DNA from: an uncultured Gemmatimonadales bacterium
GTDB taxonomy: Bacteria; Gemmatimonadota; Gemmatimonadetes; Gemmatimonadales; GWC2-71-9
DNA: 64,000 bases
Assembly: GCA_963795085.1 (NCBI GenBank)
Contig: CAWCFX010000002.1
Span: 160,001-224,000 of the forward strand
Direction: 5' to 3'
Below are positions 38,778 to 48,065 of the stretch, in pieces; position 1 is the first letter of the stretch; each line of letters begins with the position of its first letter. The translations under genes and the position numbers were made by a program. The notes below the pieces were generated by a model. The model did not search any database and had not been told where the DNA came from. It saw only the letters and a program-made list of their open reading frames with translations.

Positions 38778-39802
38778 CGGCCGAGCCCGCGCCGCTGGCC
38801 TGGGTGATCCTCATGGCCGCGGGGCGGGAGGTGGCGGTGCCCTCCGCCGAGTCGTGGCAGACACATCTGGAATGCCTCCGCCGCAGCCGCCTGGTTCCGC
38901 TGGCCGCCCACCTGCTCCAATCCAGATTCCAGGAACTGCACCCGGACACCCGGCGCTATCTCGAGGCCGCCACGATGATGGCGGAATCAAACGTCGAGCA
39001 GGCGGCCAGCGCACTGGTGGAGATTGCCGCCCGGTTCGACCGGCGTGCCATCCGCTGGGTGGTGCTCAAGGGGTATCCGCTGGCCGCTCGGCTCTATCCG
39101 AGACCTTCCTGCCGGCCCAGTGGTGACATAGACCTGCTGGTTGACGAGCCGTCGCTGGCGGCTGCGGAGGAGGATTTAGTGGAAGCGGGGTACCGGGCGG
39201 AGGGAGCGGACCGTTCCTACCATCTCCGGCTGGTCCGGAAGGGTCAAACGGGGACCCAGGTCGTCGAGCTTCACCATCGGGCCGCGCCCGCCGCCCACGG
39301 AGGGCCCCGGACGGCAGACATTCTGGCCCACCGGCGGGCCTTCCCGATCTCCGGGTCCACCGGGTGGCTGCCTTCGGCCGGGCATGAGGTCGATCTATTG
39401 ATCCGCCACTACCTGCGGCACGCGGGCCACCAGGCCATCTGGCTGGTGGACCTCCTGCTGCTTTCGGCCGGGACCCCGCTGTGGCACCGGCTGGGATCGC
39501 CCATTGGCGATGACCTCGAGCGGGTGGGGCTACCCCGCCTGGTTGACGGGCCGGCCCGCTATTCCCTGCGCCCACTGCGCCGCTGGATGGCCCGGCGAAC
39601 TTTCGAGGAGCGGCACACGGCGCGGCACATCTCGCCGGTCGGCACGGCGCTCGCGCTGGCCGAGTCGCCCGGGGCGGCATCCCGGATGCTGGCGAGGCTG
39701 GCGTGGCCAAGCCAGCCTACCCCGCGTTGGTTCGCCACCAGTCACACCAGTTGGGGCCGCTACACCTGGCGGATCCGGCGCTTGTTCAAGCTGGGAGGCT
39801 GA
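38774..39802 (+). CDS. Nucleotidyltransferase family protein (NTP_transf_5-like)
   Basis: VVLKG..LA.RLYP....RPSGDIDLLV, VELHH; ATGA-coupled. Confidence 0.88.
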   Translation: MTAEPAPLAWVILMAAGREVAVPSAESWQTHLECLRRSRLVPLAAHLLQSRFQELHPDTRRYLEAATMMAESNVEQAASALVEIAARFDRRAIRWVVLKGYPLAARLYPRPSCRPSGDIDLLVDEPSLAAAEEDLVEAGYRAEGADRSYHLRLVRKGQTGTQVVELHHRAAPAAHGGPRTADILAHRRAFPISGSTGWLPSAGHEVDLLIRHYLRHAGHQAIWLVDLLLLSAGTPLWHRLGSPIGDDLERVGLPRLVDGPARYSLRPLRRWMARRTFEERHTARHISPVGTALALAESPGAASRMLARLAWPSQPTPRWFATSHTSWGRYTWRIRRLFKLGG

Positions 39803-39806
39803 TCGG

Positions 39807-41795
39807 TCAGGGCTGCGGTCCTCCGGCCGGCGCCCGTGGCCACCCGTTGTTCTCCCGCCGGACTTCGGGGAACGCCCGGTCCGGGTCGATGCGCACCGAG
39901 GTCACGCGGGTGGGACCCGGTATCGCGGCCACGTAGGTGTCGCCGTAGTACCAGATCTCGACCGGCAGCGTCACCCGGCGGCTGAATCCGTCGTCCATCA
40001 TCAGGTCCATCACCACCGGCACCGGCATCGGGCCGATCTTCCGCAGGTAGATCAGCGAGAGGGGCTGCCCGGTGCTGTCGGGCGTCCGGACCGAGTCCAC
40101 GGCGATGTCCATCGTCTCCGTCGTGTAGAAGTAACTCCGCCAGAACCAGCTCAGGTCCTCCCCTGCGCCGTCCTCGATCGTCCTGAAAAAATCCGCCGGC
40201 GTGGGGTGCCGGTACTGCCAGCGCCGGATGAACTCCTTGAACGCAGGATCGAAACGATCCGGGCCGAGGATGTAGTCCCGGAGCAGCCGAAGCCCCAGCC
40301 CGGGTTTGTTGTAGGCTACCATGCCGAGGCCGGAAGGGTCTGTCCGGTCCGCGGGGGTAGCGATGGGCTGTTCCCGGCCGCTCAGCGCGAACTGGATCTG
40401 GAGATCGGTGTTGGCCCGCCGGTTGAACCTCCCGGGATACTTCGCCTCCCAGTTGTAGTAGTTCATGAACGTGTTGAACCCCTCGTCCATCCAGGGGTAG
40501 AGTCGTTCGTTGTTCCCGACCAGCATGGGAAACCAGGTGTGCCCGAATTCGTGATCGGTGACGCTGTAGAGCGCTTCGGCCCCATCGCGGTTGCAGAAGA
40601 TGATCATGGGATATTCCATGCCGCCCTCCCGCCCGTTGATGTTGATGGCCATGGGGTAGGGGTAGGGCCACCACTGCTCCGAGTAGCGCTCGATGGCGGT
40701 CTTGCCGTACTGGGTCGCCAGGTGCCAGGTGGAGTCCGCCGAAGGCGGATACAGGCTCATCACCAGGACGTTGCCACCGTTGGCACGGGCGGCGTCCCAC
40801 ACGAAGTGAGTGGCCGCGGCCCAGGCGAAGTCGCGCACACTGTCGGCCACGAATCGCCAGGTCAGCGTCCCGGCTCGGGAGGCGGGACGGGTGGCCGGAT
40901 CCCGGACTTCGTCCTTCCCCCGAATGATCACGGTGGTGTCGCTGGCCCGGGCGGCTGCCAGCCGGGTCCGCTGGACCGGGGTCAGCACCGCTACCGGGTT
41001 CTGCAGGGTCCCGGTCGCGGCCACGATCATACTGGCCGGGACGGTGAGACTGACGTCGAACTTTCCGTACTCGAGATAGAACTCGCCATTGCCCATGTAT
41101 GGCTCGGTATTCCAGCCCCGGATATCGTCGTAGACCGCGAGCCGGGGATACCACTGGGCCACCTCGTAGATGACGTCTCCATCTACGGTGACGATCCCCA
41201 TCCGGCTGTTGATCTCTTCAAGGAAAGGGAAATACCACTCCACGTCGAACACCACCTTGCCGCCGGGCGGGAGCGGCCGGGCCAGGTCCACCCGCATCAG
41301 GGTCCCGTTGATCCGGTAGCGGAGTTCGGAGGCCCGCTGGGCCGGCCGCCCCGGGGCCGCCGCCAGCGCCGGCTGGGAGACGCCGCCAATAGTGACTCCG
41401 CCGTCGGCCCCGCCGGTGCCGAAGCGCGCGTCCGGCGGAACCACCAGGCTGCCCCGGCTGTCGGAGCGGAACAGGTTCTGGTCCAGTTGCAGCCAGAGGT
41501 ATCGGAGCGTATCGGGCGAATGGTTGCTGTAGGTGATCCGCTCCTCTCCCGTGAGGATCTTCCGGGCGGTATCGAGGGTGGCCCGAATGACGTAGTCCAC
41601 CCGCTGCTGCCAGTACTCCCGTCCCGGCGCCCCGCTCCCGGTGCGGTACCGGTTGGGGGCCGGGAGATCGAGCCGGCGGAAGGGCGAACCATCGGCCGTG
41701 GGTTCGGGCACCGGGGCGCTGGCGGTGCGCGGCTGCTGGGCCGCGAGCGGGAGAGCCAGGAAAGCCAGCAGCAGACAAGACGGGGAGGTACGCAC
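39807..41795 (-). CDS. M1 family zinc metallopeptidase, exported
   Basis: GGMEYP, HEFGHTWF...WMDEG (HEXXH-X18-E); signal peptide; GTG start overlapping upstream TAG with AAGGAG RBS. Confidence 0.93.
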   Translation of the reverse strand: MRTSPSCLLLAFLALPLAAQQPRTASAPVPEPTADGSPFRRLDLPAPNRYRTGSGAPGREYWQQRVDYVIRATLDTARKILTGEERITYSNHSPDTLRYLWLQLDQNLFRSDSRGSLVVPPDARFGTGGADGGVTIGGVSQPALAAAPGRPAQRASELRYRINGTLMRVDLARPLPPGGKVVFDVEWYFPFLEEINSRMGIVTVDGDVIYEVAQWYPRLAVYDDIRGWNTEPYMGNGEFYLEYGKFDVSLTVPASMIVAATGTLQNPVAVLTPVQRTRLAAARASDTTVIIRGKDEVRDPATRPASRAGTLTWRFVADSVRDFAWAAATHFVWDAARANGGNVLVMSLYPPSADSTWHLATQYGKTAIERYSEQWWPYPYPMAININGREGGMEYPMIIFCNRDGAEALYSVTDHEFGHTWFPMLVGNNERLYPWMDEGFNTFMNYYNWEAKYPGRFNRRANTDLQIQFALSGREQPIATPADRTDPSGLGMVAYNKPGLGLRLLRDYILGPDRFDPAFKEFIRRWQYRHPTPADFFRTIEDGAGEDLSWFWRSYFYTTETMDIAVDSVRTPDSTGQPLSLIYLRKIGPMPVPVVMDLMMDDGFSRRVTLPVEIWYYGDTYVAAIPGPTRVTSVRIDPDRAFPEVRRENNGWPRAPAGGPQP

Positions 41796-43753
41796 TACGG
41801 GGCTCCTTTCCACTCGTTGTTGGCCGGGTTCACGTCCGGCAGCATGCCATCCGCATTGACGGTGGCCGACCGGACCGGTGCCGACGTCGGCACGCTGGCG
41901 ATGTACCGGTCGCCGTTATACCAGATCTCCACCGGGAACCGGACCACCTCGGTGGATCCATCCTGCAGCACCATCGTGAGGGTCACCGGCATCACCTGCC
42001 CGCCCAGGTTGCGGAGGGTGACGCGGGCCAGGTTGCGGCCGCCCGCGGCCCGCTGGGTTACCGACTCGATCCCCTGGTCCAGTGCAGCAGTGGTAAAGAT
42101 CCATCCCCGCCAGAACCAGGACAGGTCGCGGCCGGAGACGTCCTCCATGGTTCTGATGAAATCCGCCGGGTAGGGGTGCTTGAAGGCCCAGCGGCGGATG
42201 TACTCCCGGAACGCCGCGTCGAACACGGTGGAATCGAGCACCTGGTGGCGCAGCGTGAGCAGCATCAGCGACGGCTTGATGTAGGCCAGGCTTCCGAGGT
42301 TGTTGTCGCCCCGGTACCGGTTGGCGGGCGTGATCATGGGCTGGGCGGCGGGGAGCCGGTCGTTCTGCAGGACGAACGCCAGCTCGCCCTGGCGGACCTG
42401 GGAATCATCGCGGGAGAAGTATCCCTCCTCCGCGAAGGTGTTGATGAAGGTGTTGAACCCCTCGTCCATCCAGGCGAAGCGCCGCTCATCGCTGCCCACG
42501 ATCATCGGGAACCAGTTATGTCCAATCTCGTGGGTCACGACGCTGAAGACCTCCGCCAGGCTCCCGGCATCCGATTCCATGGCGAGCATGGGGTACTCCA
42601 TGCCGGAGACCGGCCCCTCGACCGCGGAGATCTGCGGATAGGGATAGCGGAACCAGCGGGTGCTGTACTCCATGATCGAATAGCGGGACTGGCGCGCCAC
42701 GTCCGACCAGTTGGCCCGCGCCGCCGGCCGGTAGTAGGCATGGGCCAGCACCCCGTCCCAGCCGGCCGCATCCCAGAGATACTCCGGAGAGGCGGCCCAG
42801 GCCACGTCCCGGACATTGGCTGCCCGGAACTTCCAGGTGAGGGTGCCGCCGGCGCGGGGCCGTGCCGTTCCGGCGCGAAGATCCTGCTCGCGGATGATCG
42901 GCACCGCGGTATCCGATGTCCGGGCCACCGCGAGCCGGGATCGCTGGTCCGCGGTCAGGACTTCGAGCGGGTTCGCAAGCGTCCCGGTGCCGGCGACGAT
43001 GAATCCCGCGGGGAGGGTTACCTGGTAGTCAATGTCGCCGTACTCGAGGTAGAACTCGCCCTGGCCCAGGTAGGGATCGGTGCTCCAGCCCTCGACATCG
43101 TCGTACACCGCCATCCGGGGATACCACTGGGCCATTTCGTAGAGGCTGCCTTCCCGCCCCATCCGGTCAGCGCCGTGCTCGGGAATGTTGAAGTGGTAGC
43201 GAATCGCCAGCGAGGTGGCCCGCCCGGGCGCCACCGGCGTCGCGAGCGCGACCCGCATCATGGTGCCGTCCACCCAGGTGGTGACCGGCAGGCGGGCCGC
43301 CGCGGTCCGGGGCCGGTTTGCACCGCCGGTGAGCGCGGGCGTCGGTACCTGGACGATGTCTTCGATTGTGTAGCCGCCCTCGAAGCCGGCGCCGCCGAAC
43401 CGGCTGGCCGAGGCATTCAGCAGGGCGCCGGCACTCCCGGGCCGAAACAGGTTCTGGTCCAGCTGTAACCAGAGCTGCGCCAGGGTGTCCGGTGAATTGT
43501 TGGTGTAGCGGATGGTGACGGACCCGCTGAGGCGCTGGGTTGCCGTATCCAGGGTGACGGCGATCGAATAGTCGGCGCGCTGCTGCCAATACCCCGGTCC
43601 GGGAGCGCCGTTAGGCCGCCGGGCCAGGCCCGGGGCGGAAAGGGGCAGGGGACTGAAGATCCCGGTATCGGCGACCACGGACTTCGAGCTGGTCTGTTGG
43701 GCATGCACGGGGTAACCGAGCACCAGGAGCGGGAGCAGCCATAACGGGCGCAC
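41795..43753 (-). CDS. M1 family zinc metallopeptidase, exported (paralog)
   Basis: SGMEYP, HEIGHNWF...WMDEG; signal peptide ...VHA-QQ; YWQQR.DY. Confidence 0.93.
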   Translation of the reverse strand: MRPLWLLPLLVLGYPVHAQQTSSKSVVADTGIFSPLPLSAPGLARRPNGAPGPGYWQQRADYSIAVTLDTATQRLSGSVTIRYTNNSPDTLAQLWLQLDQNLFRPGSAGALLNASASRFGGAGFEGGYTIEDIVQVPTPALTGGANRPRTAAARLPVTTWVDGTMMRVALATPVAPGRATSLAIRYHFNIPEHGADRMGREGSLYEMAQWYPRMAVYDDVEGWSTDPYLGQGEFYLEYGDIDYQVTLPAGFIVAGTGTLANPLEVLTADQRSRLAVARTSDTAVPIIREQDLRAGTARPRAGGTLTWKFRAANVRDVAWAASPEYLWDAAGWDGVLAHAYYRPAARANWSDVARQSRYSIMEYSTRWFRYPYPQISAVEGPVSGMEYPMLAMESDAGSLAEVFSVVTHEIGHNWFPMIVGSDERRFAWMDEGFNTFINTFAEEGYFSRDDSQVRQGELAFVLQNDRLPAAQPMITPANRYRGDNNLGSLAYIKPSLMLLTLRHQVLDSTVFDAAFREYIRRWAFKHPYPADFIRTMEDVSGRDLSWFWRGWIFTTAALDQGIESVTQRAAGGRNLARVTLRNLGGQVMPVTLTMVLQDGSTEVVRFPVEIWYNGDRYIASVPTSAPVRSATVNADGMLPDVNPANNEWKGAP

Positions 43754-43862
43754 GAAGAACTCCAGGCAAAGGTAGTGGCGAACCGCGAAAGGTAACCGGG
43801 AGCGGCCGGACCCCTGCTGACGGGGCCGGGAGGGTTCCGGGCTCCGGTCAGCAATAGGGGTC

Positions 43863-43891
43863 TTGACATCTAGTGTGATAACATGTAGTTT
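43863..43891 (+). promoter_or_regulatory. Sigma70 promoter of marR (likely leaderless mRNA) overlapping a putative operator
   Basis: TTGACA-N17-TAGTTT ending 6 nt before the ATG; no RBS. Confidence 0.7.
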
Positions 43892-43897
43892 CCAGCC

Positions 43898-44365
43898 ATG
43901 TCACAGGGACTCCAGGCCGAGATCAAGCAGCGGGTTCCGTTCCGGAGCGCCGGGACTGAACTGATGCTGAGCATTCTGCGCACCGCGGCGCTCCTGGAAC
44001 ACGGGTTATCCGAGGTACTCAAGCCATTCGGCCTCACGGGAACTCAGCATAACGTGCTGCGGATTCTTCGAGGAGCCGGCGCCAAGGGGCTCTGCGGCAG
44101 GGAAATAGGCGAGCGAATGATCTCCCGGGTTCCCGATGTCCCCCGCATGCTGGACCGGATGGAGGCCATGCGGCTGATCACCCGGGAGCGGGACCAGGAG
44201 GACCGCCGCCACGTCACCGCCCGTATCTCGCCGGCCGGGCTGGCCCTCCTCGAGCGAGTGGATCCCCTCCTCGAGGCGTATGAAAATGCCAGGCTGGGTG
44301 GCCTGACCGGCGCCCGGCTCAAGAGCCTGATCGACGGGTTGGCGCAGGTACGGGAGCAGCTCTGA
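43898..44365 (+). CDS. MarR family transcriptional regulator
   Basis: GLTGTQHNVLRIL, PDVPRMLDRME...DRR...I...G. Confidence 0.93.
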   Translation: MSQGLQAEIKQRVPFRSAGTELMLSILRTAALLEHGLSEVLKPFGLTGTQHNVLRILRGAGAKGLCGREIGERMISRVPDVPRMLDRMEAMRLITRERDQEDRRHVTARISPAGLALLERVDPLLEAYENARLGGLTGARLKSLIDGLAQVREQL

Positions 44366-44379
44366 GTTTTTTGCAGGAA

Positions 44380-44404
44380 TATATGTTATCACTGTTGTTG
44401 TCAT
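44380..44404. promoter_or_regulatory. Putative MarR operator upstream of doxX
   Basis: TATATGTTATCACTGTTGTTGTCAT matches the reverse complement of 43863-43887 at 19/25 positions. Confidence 0.6.
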
Positions 44405-44426
44405 AACTTCCAAGGAGAACGTAGCC

Positions 44427-44894
44427 ATGCCGAATCGCCTGATTGCAGCCAGTACCCGGGTGGACATCGCCCTCGGGATCCTCCGGGCCGTTACCGGGGC
44501 CGTGTTCATCGCCCACGGTGCGCAGAAGCTCTTCGTATTCGGGTTCGCGGGCGTGAGCAGTGCCTTTGGCCAGATGGGGGTGCCGTTCGCCGACATCACC
44601 GGTCCGGCGGTGGCCCTGCTCGAATTTTTCGGGGGGATGGCCCTGGTCCTCGGACTGCTGGCCCGGCCGGTCGCGCTTGGTCTGGCGGCCACCATGATCG
44701 GCGCCATCGTCATGGTCCACCTGCCCAATGGGTTCTTCAACCCTGCCGGGATCGAGTTTCCTCTGGCCATGCTTGGCATGACGGTCGCTTTGGCCATTGC
44801 CGGGGCGGGAAAGTACAGCCTGGACCGCGTGGTGACCTCCCGCCGGGGCCGGTCTCCGGTGTTGCCGGTCGACGTCCTCCAGCGCGCCGCGTAA
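44427..44894 (+). CDS. DoxX family membrane protein
   Basis: LR...G..FIAHGAQKLF, LEFFGG..L.LG, G.GKYSLD; AAGGAG RBS. Confidence 0.93.
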   Translation: MPNRLIAASTRVDIALGILRAVTGAVFIAHGAQKLFVFGFAGVSSAFGQMGVPFADITGPAVALLEFFGGMALVLGLLARPVALGLAATMIGAIVMVHLPNGFFNPAGIEFPLAMLGMTVALAIAGAGKYSLDRVVTSRRGRSPVLPVDVLQRAA

Positions 44895-44946
44895 TTCCCG
44901 GGCCCGGTGCCGCATGGCGCCGGGCCGCTTTCCAGGAGAGTCCAAC

Positions 44947-45507
44947 ATGTTGAAGGTCGCCGTCGTCGTCGGAAGTACCCGCCCGAATCGCCGCGGGCTC
45001 GCGGTGGCCCAGTGGGCCCTGGAGTTCGCCAGCCGGCGGTCCGACGCGGAGTTCGAGCTGGTGGATGTCGCTGACTTCCATCTCCCGCTCCTGGACGAGC
45101 CGATGCCGGCATCCCAGGGCAATTATGCCCATGCCCACACCAGGGCCTGGTCGGCCCGGATCGCGCCGTTCGACGCGTTCATCTTCGTGACGCCGGAGTA
45201 CAACCACTCGGCGCCACCGTCCCTGACCAACGCCCTGGATTTCCTGTACCAGGAATGGCACAACAAGGCGGCGGGATTTGTCAGTTACGGGAGCAGTGCT
45301 TCGGGAGCCCGGGCGGTAGAGCACCTGCGGGGAATCATGGCGGAGCTGCAGATCGCGGACGTGCGGGGCCAGGTGGCGCTCTCGCTGTTTACCGACTGGG
45401 AGAAGTTCCAGGCCTTCACACCCGGGAGCCACCACGAGAAGGGCTTCACCGCGATGCTGGACCAGCTGGTGGCGTGGGGCGGGGCGATGAAGAAACTGAG
45501 GAATTGA
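44947..45507 (+). CDS. NADPH-dependent FMN reductase
   Basis: GSTRPNR, TPEYNHS, NALDFLY.EW..K, VSYG. Confidence 0.93.
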   Translation: MLKVAVVVGSTRPNRRGLAVAQWALEFASRRSDAEFELVDVADFHLPLLDEPMPASQGNYAHAHTRAWSARIAPFDAFIFVTPEYNHSAPPSLTNALDFLYQEWHNKAAGFVSYGSSASGARAVEHLRGIMAELQIADVRGQVALSLFTDWEKFQAFTPGSHHEKGFTAMLDQLVAWGGAMKKLRN

Positions 45508-45670
45508 GGGAATGTTGGAATTGAGGGAATGTTGGAAATGAGGGAATGTTGGAATTGAGGGAATGTTGGAATTGAATCGTCAATTTCCCCATTCCTTCAA
45601 TTTCCACATTCCCTCAATTCCCCCATTCCCTCAATTCCCCCATTCCCTCAATTCCCCCATTCCCTCAATT
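45500..45670. repeat. Inverted pair of 17-bp tandem arrays (171-bp palindrome) between convergent genes; likely bidirectional terminator
   Basis: GGAATTGAGGGAATGTT x4.5 (45500-45575), loop ATCG, TCAATTCCCCCATTCCC x5.3 (45580-45670). Confidence 0.93.
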
Positions 45671-46231
45671 TCACAGTCTGGGTCCCGTCACACCGGTCTG
45701 TTTCTGGTACTTCCCCTTCTTGTCCGCGTAACTCCTTTCGCACACGTCGTCCGCATCCGCTTCAAAGAACAGCACCTGGCAGATCCCCTCGTTGGCGTAG
45801 ATCTTCGCCGGCAGGGGGGTCGTGTTGCTGATCTCCAGGGTCACGAATCCTTCCCACTCGGGCTCGAAGGGAGTGACGTTGGTGATAATGCCGCAGCGGG
45901 CATAGGTGGATTTGCCCAGGCAGATGGTCAGGACGTTCCGGGGAATCCGGAAATATTCGATCGACCGGGCCAGGGCGAAGCTATTGGGCGGAACGATGCA
46001 CACGTCTCCCTGGAACTCGACGAAGCTCTTTTCGTCGAAGTGCTTGGGGTCCACCATGGCGGACAGGACGTTGGTGAAGATCTTGAACTCCGGCGCCACC
46101 CGCATGTCGTAGCCATAGGAGGATACCCCATAGGAGATGGCTCCCTGGCGAACCTGGCCGTCCACGAAGGGCTCGATCATGGCATGTTCGGTGGCCATGC
46201 GGCGGATCCAGCGGTCGGATTTGATGGACAT
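45671..46231 (-). CDS. dcd: dCTP deaminase
   Basis: [43 protein letters not shown]. Confidence 0.97.
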   Translation of the reverse strand: MSIKSDRWIRRMATEHAMIEPFVDGQVRQGAISYGVSSYGYDMRVAPEFKIFTNVLSAMVDPKHFDEKSFVEFQGDVCIVPPNSFALARSIEYFRIPRNVLTICLGKSTYARCGIITNVTPFEPEWEGFVTLEISNTTPLPAKIYANEGICQVLFFEADADDVCERSYADKKGKYQKQTGVTGPRL

Positions 46232-46339
46232 AGTCCTGTGCGAAGAAGGGGAGGCCGAGGGCGCGGAATATAATACCGGCCGTCCGCTTCCCGGCCGGTC
46301 CGGCCGTCCGGTTGCCCGCGGGTCGGGCCACAGACCGGG

Positions 46340-46387
46340 TTGATATCCCGTTTGTGGGGGTTACTTTAAATGTGAAATTTTTCACGT
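46340..46387 (+). promoter_or_regulatory. nuo promoter with downstream Rex-like operator
   Basis: TTGATA-N16-TACTTT, then ATGTGAA-ATTT-TTCACGT (46370-46387). Confidence 0.65.
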
Positions 46388-46411
46388 GCGGTCTTCCCCG
46401 GAACCTGGCCG

Positions 46412-46777
46412 ATGCTTCGCGCTTACGCCCCCATCCTGTTGGTGATCGCCTTCGTGGTGGCCAATGCCATCATGATGATCGCGCTCTCAACGGTCCTGTC
46501 GAGCTACCGGCCCACCCCCGTCAAGCAGGCCCCCTATGAGTCCGGCATGCCGGTCCTGGGGGACGCCCGGGAGCGGTTTTCGGTCAAGTTCTACATGATC
46601 GCGATGCTGTTCATCATATTCGACATCGAAACCGTGTTCATGATCCCCTGGGCCGCCGCCTTTCAGCAGCTGACCGCCATGCGGGGCCTCCTCCTGGTCG
46701 AGATGCTGGTCTTCGTCCTGATCCTGGTGGTGGGCTACGTGTACATATGGAAGAGAGGAGCGCTCGAATGGGAGTAA
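46412..46777 (+). CDS. nuoA: NADH-quinone oxidoreductase subunit A
   Basis: [30 protein letters not shown]. Confidence 0.98.
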   Translation: MLRAYAPILLVIAFVVANAIMMIALSTVLSSYRPTPVKQAPYESGMPVLGDARERFSVKFYMIAMLFIIFDIETVFMIPWAAAFQQLTAMRGLLLVEMLVFVLILVVGYVYIWKRGALEWE

Positions 46778-47415
46778 CCCCCCCATCGGGACTGATAAAC
46801 CCGGCCACCGAAACCGGGGAAGCCGAGGGCGTCGAAATCGCCGGGGTGTCGCCCAACTGGGTCACCACCAAGCTCGACTTCCTGGCCAACTGGTCCCGGG
46901 CCAATTCCCTCTGGCCTATGCCCTTCGGCACCGCCTGCTGCGCCATCGAGTTCATGGCGACGGCGGCCAGCCGGTTCGACATCGCCCGGTTCGGCATGGA
47001 GCGCATGGCCTTCTCCCCCCGGCAGTCCGACGTGCTGATCTGCGCCGGCCGCCTCCCGTTCAAGCTGGCCCCGGTGATCCGGCGCATCTGGGACCAGATG
47101 ATGCAGCCCAAGTGGTCCATCTCGATGGGCGCCTGCGCCTCGTCCGGGGGCATCTTCGACAACTACGCGATGGTGCAGGGCATCGACACGATCATCCCGG
47201 TGGACGTCTATGTCCCGGGCTGCCCGCCCCGGCCGGAGGGCCTCATCTACGGCATCACGCTGCTGCAGAAGAAGATCATGGGCGAGACCTTCACGGACGA
47301 GTCGGTCCGCCGGGAGCAGCTGGTGTCCGACTCGGGGCTGTTTCTGCCGGCCCAGCGGGTGGATGAACTGTCGGAGCCGTTCGGCAACTCCGTCCACCAG
47401 ACGCGATCCTCATGA
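46768..47415 (+). CDS. nuoB: NADH-quinone oxidoreductase subunit B
   Basis: [40 protein letters not shown]. Confidence 0.98.
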   Translation: MGVTPPSGLINPATETGEAEGVEIAGVSPNWVTTKLDFLANWSRANSLWPMPFGTACCAIEFMATAASRFDIARFGMERMAFSPRQSDVLICAGRLPFKLAPVIRRIWDQMMQPKWSISMGACASSGGIFDNYAMVQGIDTIIPVDVYVPGCPPRPEGLIYGITLLQKKIMGETFTDESVRREQLVSDSGLFLPAQRVDELSEPFGNSVHQTRSS

Positions 47416-48065
47416 TCGACGCGACCGCCCCCTCGCCGCCGGGCACCGCGTCCGCGACCTCCCCTTCCGCCGGGGCGTTGCGGGACCGGTTCGGGCCGGC
47501 CATCACCCGGGTGGCGACCAGCTGCGGGGACACCATCGTGTACCTGGAGCGGGACCGGTCCCACGAGATCCTGGCCTGGCTCCGGGACGACCCGGGCCAG
47601 TCTTTCAACTACCTGACCGATGTGACGGCGGTCGAGTATCGCGATACCGAACTCCCGCTCGAGGTCGTCTACCAGCTGCGGTCGCTGGGGCGCCGGGCCG
47701 ATCTCCGGGTCAAGATCGCGCTCGACAAGACCCAGCCTCTCGTGGTGCGCTCGGTGGTGGACCTCTGGAAAGGCGCCGACTGGCTGGAGCGGGAGGTGTA
47801 CGACATGTTCGGCATCAGCTTCAGCGGGCACCCCGATCTGCGCCGCATTCTCATGTGGGAGACTTACAGCGAGGGGCATCCGCTCCGGAAGGATTTCCCG
47901 CTGCGGGGCCATTTCAGCCGCGCCGAACAGACCCGGCAGGCGCTCGACGCCAACCCGGAGGCCAACTACTCCATGGAGGAGCTGTCCATCGCCCAGGCCT
48001 ACACCGAGCTGCCCAGGGACATGCAGGAGCGGCTGGACCGGGGTGAGCGAGGCAAGGTCGGATGA
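47412..48065 (+). CDS. nuoC: NADH-quinone oxidoreductase subunit C
   Basis: [32 protein letters not shown]. Confidence 0.98.
   Translation: MIDATAPSPPGTASATSPSAGALRDRFGPAITRVATSCGDTIVYLERDRSHEILAWLRDDPGQSFNYLTDVTAVEYRDTELPLEVVYQLRSLGRRADLRVKIALDKTQPLVVRSVVDLWKGADWLEREVYDMFGISFSGHPDLRRILMWETYSEGHPLRKDFPLRGHFSRAEQTRQALDANPEANYSMEELSIAQAYTELPRDMQERLDRGERGKVG

Noticed and set aside
45563..46273. 236-aa plus-strand ORF starting in the 17-mer palindrome
   Set aside because: Translation of the repeat plus the antisense shadow of dcd.
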